Shown here: positions 24,226-36,033 of the stretch, piece by piece
How positions within the stretch are numbered: the first letter of the stretch is position 1
Layout: each line of letters opens with the position of its first letter
Source of the DNA: Hydrolagus colliei
Taxonomy: Eukaryota
Assembly: GCA_035084275.1 (NCBI GenBank)
Contig: CM068747.1
Span: 25,482,001-25,546,000 of the forward strand
Direction of reading: 5' to 3'
DNA: 64,000 nucleotides
The notes under the pieces: generated by a model
Seen by the model: the letters and a program-made list of their open reading frames with translations, nothing else
Databases searched by the model: none
Told to the model about the DNA's origin: nothing
Translations under genes and position numbers: made by a program

Positions 24226-25348
24226 GTAAGCTTTTAAATATTTAAATGAAAATATATTCTGCCCTAATCAGAGATCATTTTCTCAGTGTTTTGTACTCTC
24301 AGGTTACTTAGGAGGAATCCAGCATACTCTTTGAGCTGTAAGCATCTTTGACCAACAACTAACTGTCAACATAATGTTGAAATGGACAAACATTAGAATA
24401 GGAACATGAAACCTTTACACAATTAATATTATTCATTGGCTAAGATGGAAAAGAGTAATTGGGTGCATTCATTGATTTGCACACGTCAAGATGCATATTA
24501 CTGAGTGTCATTGAATTTATGCCCTTAGGGGTGGGGGGGAAGGCGGAGGGAAAGGATTACAGTAGAAAAACATTGTAAAATCGTTCCTCAAAACGTTGAA
24601 TGAGGTGGAAAGTTTGTGCTGTTCTTCCACAGACTATGTAAAATACACTCCTATCGGACCTTCCATTCCAAATGGCCTTTTTTTCTTTACTTTCTCCATG
24701 TCGTGTTCTAGATAGCCTACTCTACTTCATAATTTATTTAACTGCTGAGTACATCACGTTAAAGTTGATTTTGGCTAATAGGTTACAGAAATAGATTAGA
24801 ACGCTGCTCTTAATTCTCATAGCATTTTAAATTGAAATGATAACTTAGGCCCTTGAGGGTTTGGCTGTTTTATCATTTTGGAAGTCTTCAGCTATCCATA
24901 AGACAAGGCAAATGAGTAATGTGGAAGATGAATTATGCCTTGACAGACAGATGATGGTTTTAGTGTGCGTTATATTTACGCTTACCCCAATTTGCAAACC
25001 GAAAGTGTAGGAATTGATGCCTGATAGATTTCAGGTTTGCGAGAATTTTTATGGGCTGTGTATTATATGCGATTTATGTTTTGTGTCATATCAAATTCAG
25101 TTTAAAAATGTAGTGAAACAGTTTTTTTTTTTGCATTTTGTTAAATGTTATGCAGCCTAACCATCCTTGATCTCTGGAGAGCCTTTATATTAATTGCCTA
25201 ATTACCATTTGCACAGTACACATCCTGTATGGTGTGTGTTTTTTTGCCATAGCGGTAAATGAGTGATATTATGTTTGAAGCATTTGAGCAAATTAGTTAT
25301 ACAGTGAAAAAATTTAAACTAAACAAGTTAATTTTTTTTGTGTGTACA

Positions 25349-25612
25349 TACAACTACAACAACAACTTTGATTTATATAGCGCCCTCCACGCTGGATGGC
25401 GTCTCAGAGCGCTTCACAATAACGGATCCTGGGACCGAGCCACGGGCAGGGGTAGAAAGGTGATCAAAGGCGCGGTAGAAGAGAAAGGTCTTTAGCTATG
25501 ACCTGAAACTGGGAAGAGGAGGGGGCGAGGCGAAGGGAGTGAGGAAGGGAGCTCCAGAGCCTCAGGGCGTAATGGCTGAAGGCACGGCCGCCGATGGTGG
25601 AGCAGAGGACAT
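25349..25612 (-). mobile_element. L2-like LINE 3' fragment (second subfamily)
   Basis: caacaactttgatttatatagcgccctccac tail, also seen at 42674 and 61171. Confidence 0.7.
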
Positions 25613-27136
25613 ATAAAGATCACAGAAAAAGATCTAGACTAGGAATCAATTTGTGGAAATTCATATTGTTTCTTAAGAGAATCTTGAAAAGGAAGAATTT
25701 CCCGGGTTCTGGGGTAAGAGCTGGGGAGTGGGACTAGTTGGTAACTCTTTTAAAGAGCTGGCACAGGCACAATGGGCCTCCTTTTGTGTTGTAAGATTCT
25801 CTGATAAATGTTTGCTTTTTCTAAAGATATATCTCTTGTAAATGATGAGCCCTGAATTTAATTTGTGTTAGTAAAGTGATCTTGTAAAGGCTACCTAGCT
25901 ATGTGCGACTTGAGAAACATATTTCTCAATTGTTTCCAGTGATATTGGGTGGTCGTCGAAAACCTTGGGTGAGATAGGTGGAAAAATCCTTTCTTTTAAT
26001 ATACAACAACCAAGGTGACATCAGGAAAAACCTTGCATTCTCTGACTGCTGAATCTAGTTAGAAAAATAAATGAGTTTGAAACTCCCTTTTGGGATATCT
26101 GGTGAAGGGTTAGGGCAGAAGATCATAAACTGCTAATCGTTTTCTGACTCCAGGGAACTACCTTGACACACAGTGTTTAGTAAGGGGAAAATGTTCTTTG
26201 CAATTAGAGACTTTGAAGTGTACTCAGCAATATCTTGACATAGTTATCAAACTTTTGAACTACGATAGACCAATTTCCTTGGGATTCAGAATGAAACAAA
26301 ATATAAGCAATAACAGTGTCATGACCTTGATGACACTGATAATGGACAACATCACATGTTGGATGTGACTTGTGTTCTCAGCTCTGGTTGGGTTTTCTAT
26401 TCAGATGTTTCATAGTTGTGGCATTGGGGAGGAGGGCAGCTTTCTTTCTATTGACTGAACACACTTTCCGTCTTGTCCTGCTGCTTAAATGCAACTAATG
26501 AGTTTCTTAGCTAATGCTTTATTGGCATGTAATTATGTCATGTAATTTAAGCCTGGAATTTTTTATGGCATTTACAGACATTTATGTAAGGGCTATGAGA
26601 CTGGACTTTGGTATAATATTAGTCATTAAAGTGGTTGCCGATGTGCCTGGTCTAATACATTTCAACTGATAAGTATGTTTATAACTCAAATTGTACTTTG
26701 GGAAAGTGAATGACTGTGCACTTCAATTCATCAGATTTAAATTGCTGTACTGATGAGGGTTAATCGGTTATAAAGGTTATATGTGCAGTAAGTGCAATGG
26801 GAAGGGAGTTAATTTGTGAGTTTGTGAACTGAGATTTTTGGCCAAGTGTGGGTGGGGGGATGAGTAACACAATGGGTAACTATGAGTAACTACAACCAAT
26901 CATTTAAGCGTTTAAATCTATATTTGATTCAACCCCCAACTTGGGTGCAAACCCTTCACTAGCCAGCGCCTTGGGACGTCCTTCTAACATGAAAGGCGCA
27001 TTTTAAATGCAATTTGTTGTTATTGTTGTAGTTTTAAAAAACACTTCTGCATTAACATAGAAGAGCCATCTTTGTTACGGTATTAAAACAATTTTATAAA
27101 AACGAGTTCCATTCGTGTGCTAATTTATCAATGAAA

Positions 27137-27150
27137 CCACTAGATGGTGG
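27137..27150 (+). promoter_or_regulatory. CTCF-like motif CCACTAGATGGTGG
   Basis: One mismatch to consensus; motif only. Confidence 0.35.
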
Positions 27151-28345
27151 TAGATGCTTGGTTTTATGAAAAAAGGAGCAGAATTTAGTTTTTGAATTAA
27201 CAGAAGTCTTATTTAATCCCTTTTGCTGCCTATAATCAACTTCCATTTTTGTACAAAACATTACCACTGCAGACCTTAGTAGTAAAATCTACCTAAAGCA
27301 TTGATTGACTTAATGTAAGATTGAAGATACAGTAAATATATTTTTGATAATACAGAAATTGCCAGCGAGGATGGTTGTGGTTTTCCTAAGGAAGTTGGTT
27401 CCAATTTTAAAATGTCTAATGTTAAAACACAGGGAATTGATTTCCACTATGGCCCATTTTGATATTGATATTTTTCTAGTATTTTACTAAACAATACTGT
27501 ACATTGTTTAGTAAAATATTAGAAAAATAGTACATTTACCTATTTTCTGGTAGGATTTGTTTTGAATTGAAAGGTGAATTCTAATTCAATTAGGCACCAT
27601 TCTGACAAGTTTGGAATTTGTATATGTTTTGTATGTGTCAAAAATGTTCAGCGTTATGAGTGTGTATTTAAAATACATAAACTATGGTGACGGTGAATAT
27701 TCGTGCATCCGGAAAAATAAATAAATTGGTTCATTTTGCAGAATTGAAGTGATTTGTATGGCAACCTATGTTTGAAGGAAACAAAAGTTACCATCTGTAT
27801 TTTGTAGTTCACTTTATTGTGTGAATATAGCAATTACATCTGCCAGTTTCTATGGATGATTTATATTGTTTTTGTCAATTATTGGCACTATAGTAATACA
27901 GCGTGTTATTGTTGCCTGAAGCAGTAATACTATATATAGCTTTAATCATGAAACATGTCTTCTATTAACTGTGCCAGAGCAATTTTCCTGTACAGTTAAT
28001 AGAAGACCTTTATTTGACCTTTTATCAAAATATATTTTGGTGTATTTTCATGAAATTGAAAACAATTTGGTGACATTTAATTTAACATAGTTCATTTCGT
28101 GTTGTGGTTTTCCTAGTTGGTTCCAATTTTAAAATGTCTAATGTTAAAACACAGGGAATTGATTTCCACTATGGCCCATTTTGATACGATTTCCAACTTT
28201 ATGGAACATTTTGAAGTTGGGGTTGTAGTCATTTATGGAAGCAATTTCCTCCTCTTAATTTTATAGACATGGTAGATCCTTTGGGTTCAGTATTTCCCTG
28301 GCAAATGTCACTGGGGTTCTGAATCCCAGCTGTGTTGTTTTTGAT

Positions 28346-29232
28346 TAAGAACATAAGAACTAGGAGCAGGAGTAGGCCATTCAGCCCCTTGAACCTGCCC
28401 CGCCATTTGATAAGATCATGGCTGATCTTCTGATCTAACTCTAATTACCTGCCCTATCCCCATATCCCCTAATCCCTCTATATTTTAAAAATCTATTCCA
28501 TAAATTCACTACCCTTTGAGTAAAGAAATGTTTCCTCAACTCTGTTCTAAAAGGCTGACCCTTAATTTTAAGTTGTGACCCCTGGTTATAGTGTTCTCCT
28601 ACTAGGGGAAACAGTCCCTCACTGTCTACTTTATCCACCCCTTTAAGAATCTTATATGTTTCAATAAGATCTCCCCTAATTCTTCTGTACTCTAGAGAAT
28701 ACAGCCCTAGTCTATTCAACCTATCCTCATAGGTCAGTCCCCTCATCCCAGGAACTAACCTAGTGAATCTACGCTGCACCTCCTCTAAGGTAAGTATGTC
28801 CTTTATTAAATAAGGAGACCAAAACTGCCACAATACTCTCGGTGCGGTCTCACCAAGGCCCTATACAGTTGCAGCAAGACTTCCCTACTCTTATACTCTA
28901 AACCTTTTGCGACGAACGCTAGCATGCCGTTTGCCTTCTTAGTTGCTTGCTGCACCTGCAAACTAACTTTTTGAGACTGGTGTACAAGGACACCCAAATC
29001 CCTTTGTACACTAACACTATCTAACCTTTCCCCTTCCAGAAAATAATTTGTTTTTTTATTTTTGCTACCAAGGTGAATAATTTCACACTATCCCACATTA
29101 AATTCCATCTGCCACCTATTTGCCCACTCCCCTAGCCTATCTATATCCCATTGCAATCTTATTGCATGATCCTCACAGCTGACTCTCCTACCTAGTTTAG
29201 TATCATCCACAAATTTAGACACCTTACATTCA
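28346..29232 (-). mobile_element. CR1 LINE 3' fragment (ORF2 C-terminus plus 3' UTR)
   Basis: ORFs 28806..28997 and 28441..28833 (LYRALVRPH, QFWSP, EEVQRRFTR, RGDLIETYK, FFTQRVVNLWN); TTCTTATG tail. Confidence 0.92.
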
Positions 29233-30522
29233 ATTGAGAATGTTTTGTAAGCCATAACAAATTGTATTTATATAGCGCCTTTCACATTGGGAGGATGTCC
29301 CAAGACACAGGACAGTGAAGGGTCTGCACCCGAGCTGGGTGCTGGAATCAAGAATGGTGGAGGACAAGGGGTTTGGAGGTGAAAAGGTGACTGAAGCTGC
29401 AATCTATATGGTTAAACTAAAATTCAGGACTAGGTATGTCTGTTGGCATGCTTCTATATGGGGATTTAAGGTTTGGTAACTCATTGAGTCATCGGAGTTC
29501 TGATAATCCACAAATATTTTGTTTTGTGTTAAGTGCATCAAATTGTGATTGATAAATTAAATTAACAAATTAATAAAAAAATTGATTAATAAATAAATAA
29601 ATGTAGCTTTAGCATCTCTCTCGTAACACTCTGGAGTCCAAGAGCTCCTGCGTTCCAGAGACGGTCTGTCTCTTGTTGAGGAAGCAAGCAGGGAAGCACA
29701 GTGAACAAACAGGGACTTGGAGAGGTCGAGCCTGGAGGTGATGGAGCCATAGAGCTACGCTGCAGCATGAGTCAGTGACTTTGGGAAGAGTTTTTTTTCC
29801 CCCCCCTCCAGTTTAAAGAAAAGCAGAGCAATCATTTCAAAGAGAAACTTAAGGTCACTGCGGATCGTACTTTGTGTCTGACGTGAGCAACTGTGCAGCC
29901 TGTCACCTCTAATTAGAAGAAAGTTGAATTCAGCACTGTGACATCTTGGTTTATAGGAGAGAGATGAGACGTCAAACCTGTTTTAATCAGTTCAAAAGTT
30001 TGAAAATATATATATATTCAAATCCTGGACCTATTAAATGGGTTCATTACCAAGCTTCCTTGTGTAGTTCGAAAGTTCTGAATAAACACTGTCTACGTAA
30101 ATTCACATAGTCGAGTCTTTGTTTCATGTCAAAGATTGGATTGCTATACTGATGCTGAATAGCTTTGAATGGCTTTCGCTAATGTAATATGCTGGGTCAA
30201 ATTCACGGCAGCCCAGATTTTAGCTTCATAATGATTGGAAATGAAATGTTGAGGGTTTTTCTGTCCCTTGCAGCTATCAACTGTCCTGGTCATACACGTT
30301 ACTAACCTTTTCCAGTCCTGATTTAAAGTGAAGGACGTCAATAGTGTTTTTCTGCACAGGATATTAATGTGTTCTTAAACCATCTGAATATCTAAAGTGC
30401 AAGAGAAAGATAGATGAGTGTCAGTCTAATTTGACTCGTTCTTAGTTAAGTCTCTGCAAAAGCACTTGTCTTAATTATCGTACAAAATAATGAAGAGACT
30501 GGTTGATGTGCGAGCCATAGTT

Positions 30523-30711
30523 CAGTAAAAGCTCATTTATCCGGCACCCGATCAACCATAACTTCCGTATAACCGGCATCACAAAAAAAATCAATAAACC
30601 GGAATTTATCCGGAAAAATGCATTAATTTTTTTTTTCGGCCGAATATCCGGCAGGCGCTTTAACCGGCATTGGTCAGGTCCCGAGGGTGCCAGATAAATG
30701 GGCTTTTACTG
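30523..30711. mobile_element. MITE family A, short form
   Basis: CAGTAAAAGCTCATTTATCCGG ... CAGATAAATGGGCTTTTACTG-TA. Confidence 0.85.
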
Positions 30712-31130
30712 TAATACAATACTTTTATATTTTAAAAAATCCTTTCACTTCATGTAAATGCATGTTTTGACTAATGTTCCTTCCTCATACAAGTTCACAT
30801 CAAACAAATTCCGATTAATTGACCACTTAGTCAACATAATACAATAACACACTGGAGGCCAGTTTTGTACTGTGGGCGAGTGGCTAGGGCGGAGGGAGTG
30901 AGAATCCTAGGAGTATGAGTGTTGGGGCCGATGTCCTACTTACGTGCTTGCTGTGTGTCTAGAATCTATAAGCAACAGATGTGCGTCACGGTTCTGTGCA
31001 GGAGCTCTCGCAGCACTGCCAAAGGCTAAATGCAACCTTATTTGGCAGCTTATTTTTTTGATGCAAAAGGCCAAATATGGAAAAATTGGGGATGATTTAA
31101 TCTTCTCAAGGAATAACCTAGGGGAAAGCA

Positions 31131-31162
31131 CATATATATGTATATATATATATATATATATA
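31131..31162. repeat. (TA)n microsatellite
   Basis: Direct read; others at about 34625-34650 and 40342-40358. Confidence 0.9.
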
Positions 31163-31215
31163 CATTGAATTCATTTGAATCTACTGTGTCCTGCCTTCCT
31201 GTTTTTAATCTGCAG

Positions 31216-31269
31216 GCATTGAGGGTGAGGCTTTTTCTGGTATTGACATGAAGAATTTGCTGTCCAGTG
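31216..31269 (+). CDS. UBR3: Candidate cassette exon, 54 nt (GIEGEAFSGIDMKNLLSS)
   Basis: cctgccttcctgtttttaatctgcag| ... G|gtatgt; phase 1-1 like the host intron; no stop. Confidence 0.7.
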
Positions 31270-31601
31270 GTATGTTGTACCTTTGGGTCAATTGCAAGTG
31301 CAAGTACAGGACAATAGGTGATGGATGTACCAGTCGGTCTATAAGGAGATGTCTTTGTGCCGATAAGCAGCCTATAAATAAACTCTTATGATTTTAATGA
31401 ACTGTTAGACCTACGCAGGTTTTGCCTTGCGTGCTTATAAACAGAGAGGTGAGCAATTGAGATTGTGGATAACAGTTGTGTGATGGGCTTGCATTTCACT
31501 TTGTGTGGATGATGATCTGCGTAAATGTGCACGTGTTTTATCTTGCATCGATTTGCCCACTTGGTTGGATCCTCGATGCAGATTTTCTTTCTTCCTTTCA
31601 G

Positions 31602-31751
31602 AATCGCCTGTCAGTGAGGTTGCCATGGATATAGGATCGTCAGAACAGCAGGATTCCGAGACTGTGTACGACTGTGTCATCTGTGGGCAAAGTGGACCTT
31701 CGACAGAGGAAAGGCCGGCGGGATTAGTGGTTTTGCTGCAGGCTTCATCAG
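31602..31751 (+). CDS. UBR3: UBR3 exon with first RING CxxC (ESPVSEV...YDCVICGQ...LLQASS)
   Basis: tttcag| ... G|gtagcc; phase 1-1. Confidence 0.94.
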
Positions 31752-31929
31752 GTAGCCCTTCCCACAAGCTGCCCATTTTCAATGTGTTCCGGTTCCCCCA
31801 AAATATTTTTTAGATGCATGAATTTAACAACACAAAGACGAACAAATTGCATTTATTTAGCGCCTTTCACATCAAGAGAAAACACAGAGCAATGCTGTTG
31901 GATTCTAAAATGTAAATGGCTGCTCTGAA

Positions 31930-32262
31930 TAATAATGATAATGATAATCCTTGCATTTGATATAGCGCTTTTCACGTCTTATCGATGTCTCAAAGTGTTT
32001 CACAGAATATACTGTAAAGTGAATTGACTGTATATTTGTGGGCGAAATGCGGCAGCTAATTGCGCACAGCAGCGTCCCATAAACAGTCCTGGATTGAAAA
32101 TGACCAATTTTTATTATTGTGGGTTTTTATTTGGACGGATTATTATTAGGCATATGTATGGAATCAGGAATCTTGCCCAAGGTTTCGCCCTGATCTGCCT
32201 AGATTCGAACACAGGTCTTGCGCTTAAAAGGCGAGTGCTCTAACCAATGAGCTACAGGAGCG
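31930..32262 (-). mobile_element. tRNA-derived SINE, full length, antisense
   Basis: Reverse complement of the family consensus, including the head. Confidence 0.9.
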
Positions 32263-32799
32263 TGCATGATTGCTAAAACAAGAGTGCTCTTGAACTGCAA
32301 ACTGGAATTTAGCAGTGCTGTGTGGGATGCTTTCCTTGAAACCACCTTTGATCAAAACTTAGAAGTACTGTAGTATGAATCAGGTTTATTCAGAGTGGCA
32401 TGTTCAGTCCAATTTCTATAGTCCTACAAAATTTTTGAGAGCATTGGGAATTGAAAGATCATTTATATTGCTTCAGTGTTGATGTAATATTACTTAACAG
32501 CGACTTCTATACTTTAAACACCTGTATCCCTTCACAAAATGTAGAACTAACTTGGAAATTCAACTTGTGCTATTGTTCTATAAGGCATTTTAGTCATTGA
32601 ATTCGTTCCATGACCAGCTTTAAAAAAGTCTAATTTGGGGGGCTGCAACACTGAAAATTTATACTGCTAGAAATTTACACTGCTAGAAGCAAAAAGACTT
32701 TGTTTCAAACAGTAGATTTATGTGGAACGGGATGCTTCCTACCCCTCATCACATTGGTTTGTTGAAATGCTTAATATTATAGGGTATTATATTACACGG

Positions 32800-33195
32800 C
32801 CTTACCCCATCCTACTTAACCGATCTACTCTCCCCCTACAAGCTCACCCGGACCCTCCGTTCAACAGGACTTGGCCTGCTCCAAGCCCCCCGCCCGAACC
32901 GCCCCACCATCGGAGGCCGGGCCTTCAGTTTCTCCGCTCCCACCTTATGGAATGCCATCCCTCAATCCCTCCATTTCGTCTCTTCCCTTTCCTCTTTCAA
33001 GGCCGGTTTGAAGACTTTCCTCTTCGATCGTGCCTTTAGTTCCACCCTGAACTCTTTTACCTCCCCTTCGTGTTTCACCCCTTCCCAAACACTCCCCTCC
33101 CAGCTCGGGTCACACGCCTCCTGTTCAGCGCCTTGGGACGTCCTCCCGACGTGAAAGGCGCTCTATAAATGTAAATTGTTGTTGTTGTTGTTGTT
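32800..33195 (+). mobile_element. L2-like LINE 3' fragment
   Basis: GGRAFSFSAPTLWNAIP...LKTFLF; gcgccttgggacgtcctcccgacgtgaaaggcgc; (TTG)n. Confidence 0.85.
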
Positions 33196-33569
33196 AATGT
33201 TGTTAGAGATATGTTGGGTAAATCGTGCTGCTACTGAAATTACCTCCTCAATGTGGTCTTGGAAGCAGATCTGCCAAATGTTTCCTACTGGAGCAAATCA
33301 GGGTTTATATTGCAGTGAAATGAAACGAGCTATATCATTAAACGAAACTGTGGTCTTGAGCTTTGCAAATGGCAAATTGTAAATCCCATGCCACAAAAGT
33401 CTGAAAGTGCTGGCAGGAATTGGCTGACGTTTGCTTGACTGCCATTCTTCAGATTTTGCTGACTTGGGCTTTGTGTCCTAGAAGTTGCTATGAATACAAT
33501 AAATCTGGTTTGCAAATGTCACGGTTTAGCCACCACTGTGCCAAACAGTTATAAAGAGAGAAGGTTGAC

Positions 33570-33864
33570 AAGTCTTGTAGCTCAGTGGTTAGAGCACTAA
33601 CTTTGAAATCGAGAGACCTGGGTTTGATTCCAGGCAGGGTGAAAACTTGGGCAGGTTTCCTGATGCCTGATAATAATCCCTCAGAAAACAATAATAATGT
33701 GGTCACTCAATCCACGGCTGTTTGTGGGATATTGCTGCGTGCAATTGGCTGCTGCATTTTGCCCACAAATATACAATCAATTAACTTCACAGTATATTCT
33801 TTGAAGCGCTTTGAGACATCTAGAAGATGTAAAAAGCGCTATATCAAATGCAAGAATTATTATT
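33570..33864 (+). mobile_element. tRNA-derived SINE, variant head
   Basis: Same tail; anticodon-arm region reads actaactttgaaatcgag. Confidence 0.85.
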
Positions 33865-34349
33865 AAAATAGTGAGTTGTAACAGTTTTATGGCTACCAAA
33901 TAGGATATTTCTTCCATCTTTGTACTGGATTATGTAGATAATTGTTATGTTTTTAAAATCAAACATGTCTACTGAGTATTCTTATATTCCATTTTCAGTT
34001 ATTGACTAGACTGTGCAGTTTTACTCTGACTTAATTATTGCAATTATTCTTTTAAGGACAGAATTTTATTTAGGCTTGAAGTGTGAGCTCTTAAGCAGCC
34101 ATAACTCAGAAGCAGCTATGTACAGCCGCTTATATTTTAATATTACACTTAAAAGCAATCGGAATCTCTTGCCTTCTTCCAAATGTGTGTGCAATTATTA
34201 CTCTTCTGTTCTTGGTGTCGGGTTTAATTCTCCACCATGCTAGTTTGGGAGTTATGAAACTGTGGCGTAAATGACTGAAGCCATCATATGCTTGTTACTA
34301 TATCTGTGGCATTTAGACATACCAATACTGACTTGTTAATTCATCGCAG

Positions 34350-34483
34350 TCCTTGGGCACCGTCGAAAAAGCGTTGAACCAAAGAATCTGCCAACCAGTG
34401 ATGAAGAGCAGATTTACCCCGAGGATACCTGTGGCACCGCTCACGATATCAGAATCACAGAATTGCAGCAGTACTTCAAAGAT
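34350..34483 (+). CDS. UBR3: UBR3 exon (VLGHRRKSVEPKNLPTSDEEQIYP...QYFKD)
   Basis: tcgcag| ... GAT|gtaagg; phase 1-0. Confidence 0.93.
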
Positions 34484-35258
34484 GTAAGGACTACATTATA
34501 TTTCTGTCCATCAGACCTAAAAATAGAAACTAAATTATTAAAGGGAAGTTTGTTTATAATTGGACACACAAATAACTGCTGATATTTCAATGAAAATGTG
34601 TGGTGCAAATATATTATATACTGTGTATATATATATATATTGTATATATATTTTTTACATTCAATCTGACTTTGAACTCTGCAGCTCGATGTTCTGATAT
34701 GAAACCTTTCGGGTTAGATGAAGCTGGGCATTGGTGGAGGTGAGGTGGGGGTGGAGGTGGGGAGTTGATTTATAGATTATGCTGCTTAAATATGTAATGG
34801 CATAGAGTGACTGACAGGCAGCGTAATTGCTACATGACACAAGTCCAACTCAGTTGCTTAGAAACAAATGGGCTGTTGCTTAGAAACACAGAATGAAGGT
34901 TGGAGCACTCAAGGTGAGGCTTTTCACCCCAGGCCCTTTCTCTGTACTTCTCCACCCAAGTCCTTGTAAAAGGAAGAAGACTTGAGACCACACCTACACA
35001 ACCATTGGTAACTGATCACACACGGAGCAGCATCACTAGAGACATGGGAACAGATAACTTGTATCGCTATCACCAAGCTTTCTTGCAATACACATTGACT
35101 AAGGACTCTGTAAATGCAGTGAGTTAATTACTCTACTTGCTTTCATCGTTGGGGCATACAGGATTCAAATACCTTTGGCTGTATTAAACCTAGGTGTCCA
35201 TTCTCAGTCAACAGCAGTCGAAAAAAAATCACAGCAGCTAATTTCACACAAACACAGC

Positions 35259-35380
35259 TCTCTTAATGCCGAGTTCTTAGCTGCAGTCGGGTCCGTAGTC
35301 TGTGAAGGTGGTGTGTGTTTGTGTGTGTTCAGACCTGCGGACACCCTTTGAGTATTATGTAGTGAGTTCTAAATGGAGTT
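35259..35380 (+). pseudogene. Decayed tandem copy of the RING-core exon (pseudo-exon)
   Basis: Collinear with 35438-35555: gagttcttagctgcagtc~gagctcttgtctgcagtc and gttcagacctgcggacaccctttg~gttcagacctgtggacacactttg; acceptor CAG>CCG; in-frame TAG. Confidence 0.85.
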
Positions 35381-35449
35381 TCCCTTAATATACTTGGCTC
35401 CCTGTAATATATTATAAAATGTGATTTTTTTGATGCGTTCTCAATGCAG

Positions 35450-35560
35450 AGCTCTTGTCTGCAGTCCGTGTCGATAGGCTGGGAAGGCGGTGTGTATGTT
35501 CAGACCTGTGGACACACTTTGCATATTGACTGTCATAAGTCCTACATGGAATCACTAAGG
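35450..35560 (+). CDS. UBR3: UBR3 RING-H2 core exon (SSCLQSVSIGWEGGVYVQTCGHTLHIDCHKSYMESLR)
   Basis: atgcag| ... AGG|gtaagt; phase 0-0. Confidence 0.96.
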
Positions 35561-36033
35561 GTAAGTCTACTGAAAAATTTGGCCTAAATATTGATGGATC
35601 AATCGTCTGTCAAGAGTAATGCAGTAGTTCTCTAAACCTGTGTTTAAATCCCTCCCACTACTCTGCAACCCCGCTACCTTTCGAACTTCCTATCAGCTCA
35701 TTGCCTCCGCTCTACTGGGTCTGGCCTCCTCCTTGTCCCCCGAATCCCCCACTCCACCGTCGGCGGATGGTGTTTTTGGAGGTAAAAAGATGATTAAAAA
35801 GGTGGCCTCTATATCAACCAGAGATGATAAGAGATTACAATTATTGGTAATGCAAAATGGAATGATCAGCTGCCTATAGAGACAGGTGAGTTTATGGTTT
35901 GGATGTATTCCTTCATCGGAACAAGAACAAGCTGGCTGGAGAAACACACTCTTTTTTTATATAATCGAGAGCTTTCTTGTATTGCTTAAGAATATATTTG
36001 TCCATTAAAATTATGCCTGTTTTATTTTTTCAG

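Noticed and set aside
28441-28997. Reverse-transcriptase-related ORFs as a nested host gene
   Set aside because: 5'-truncated, frameshifted CR1 ORF2 fragment lacking the full RT core.
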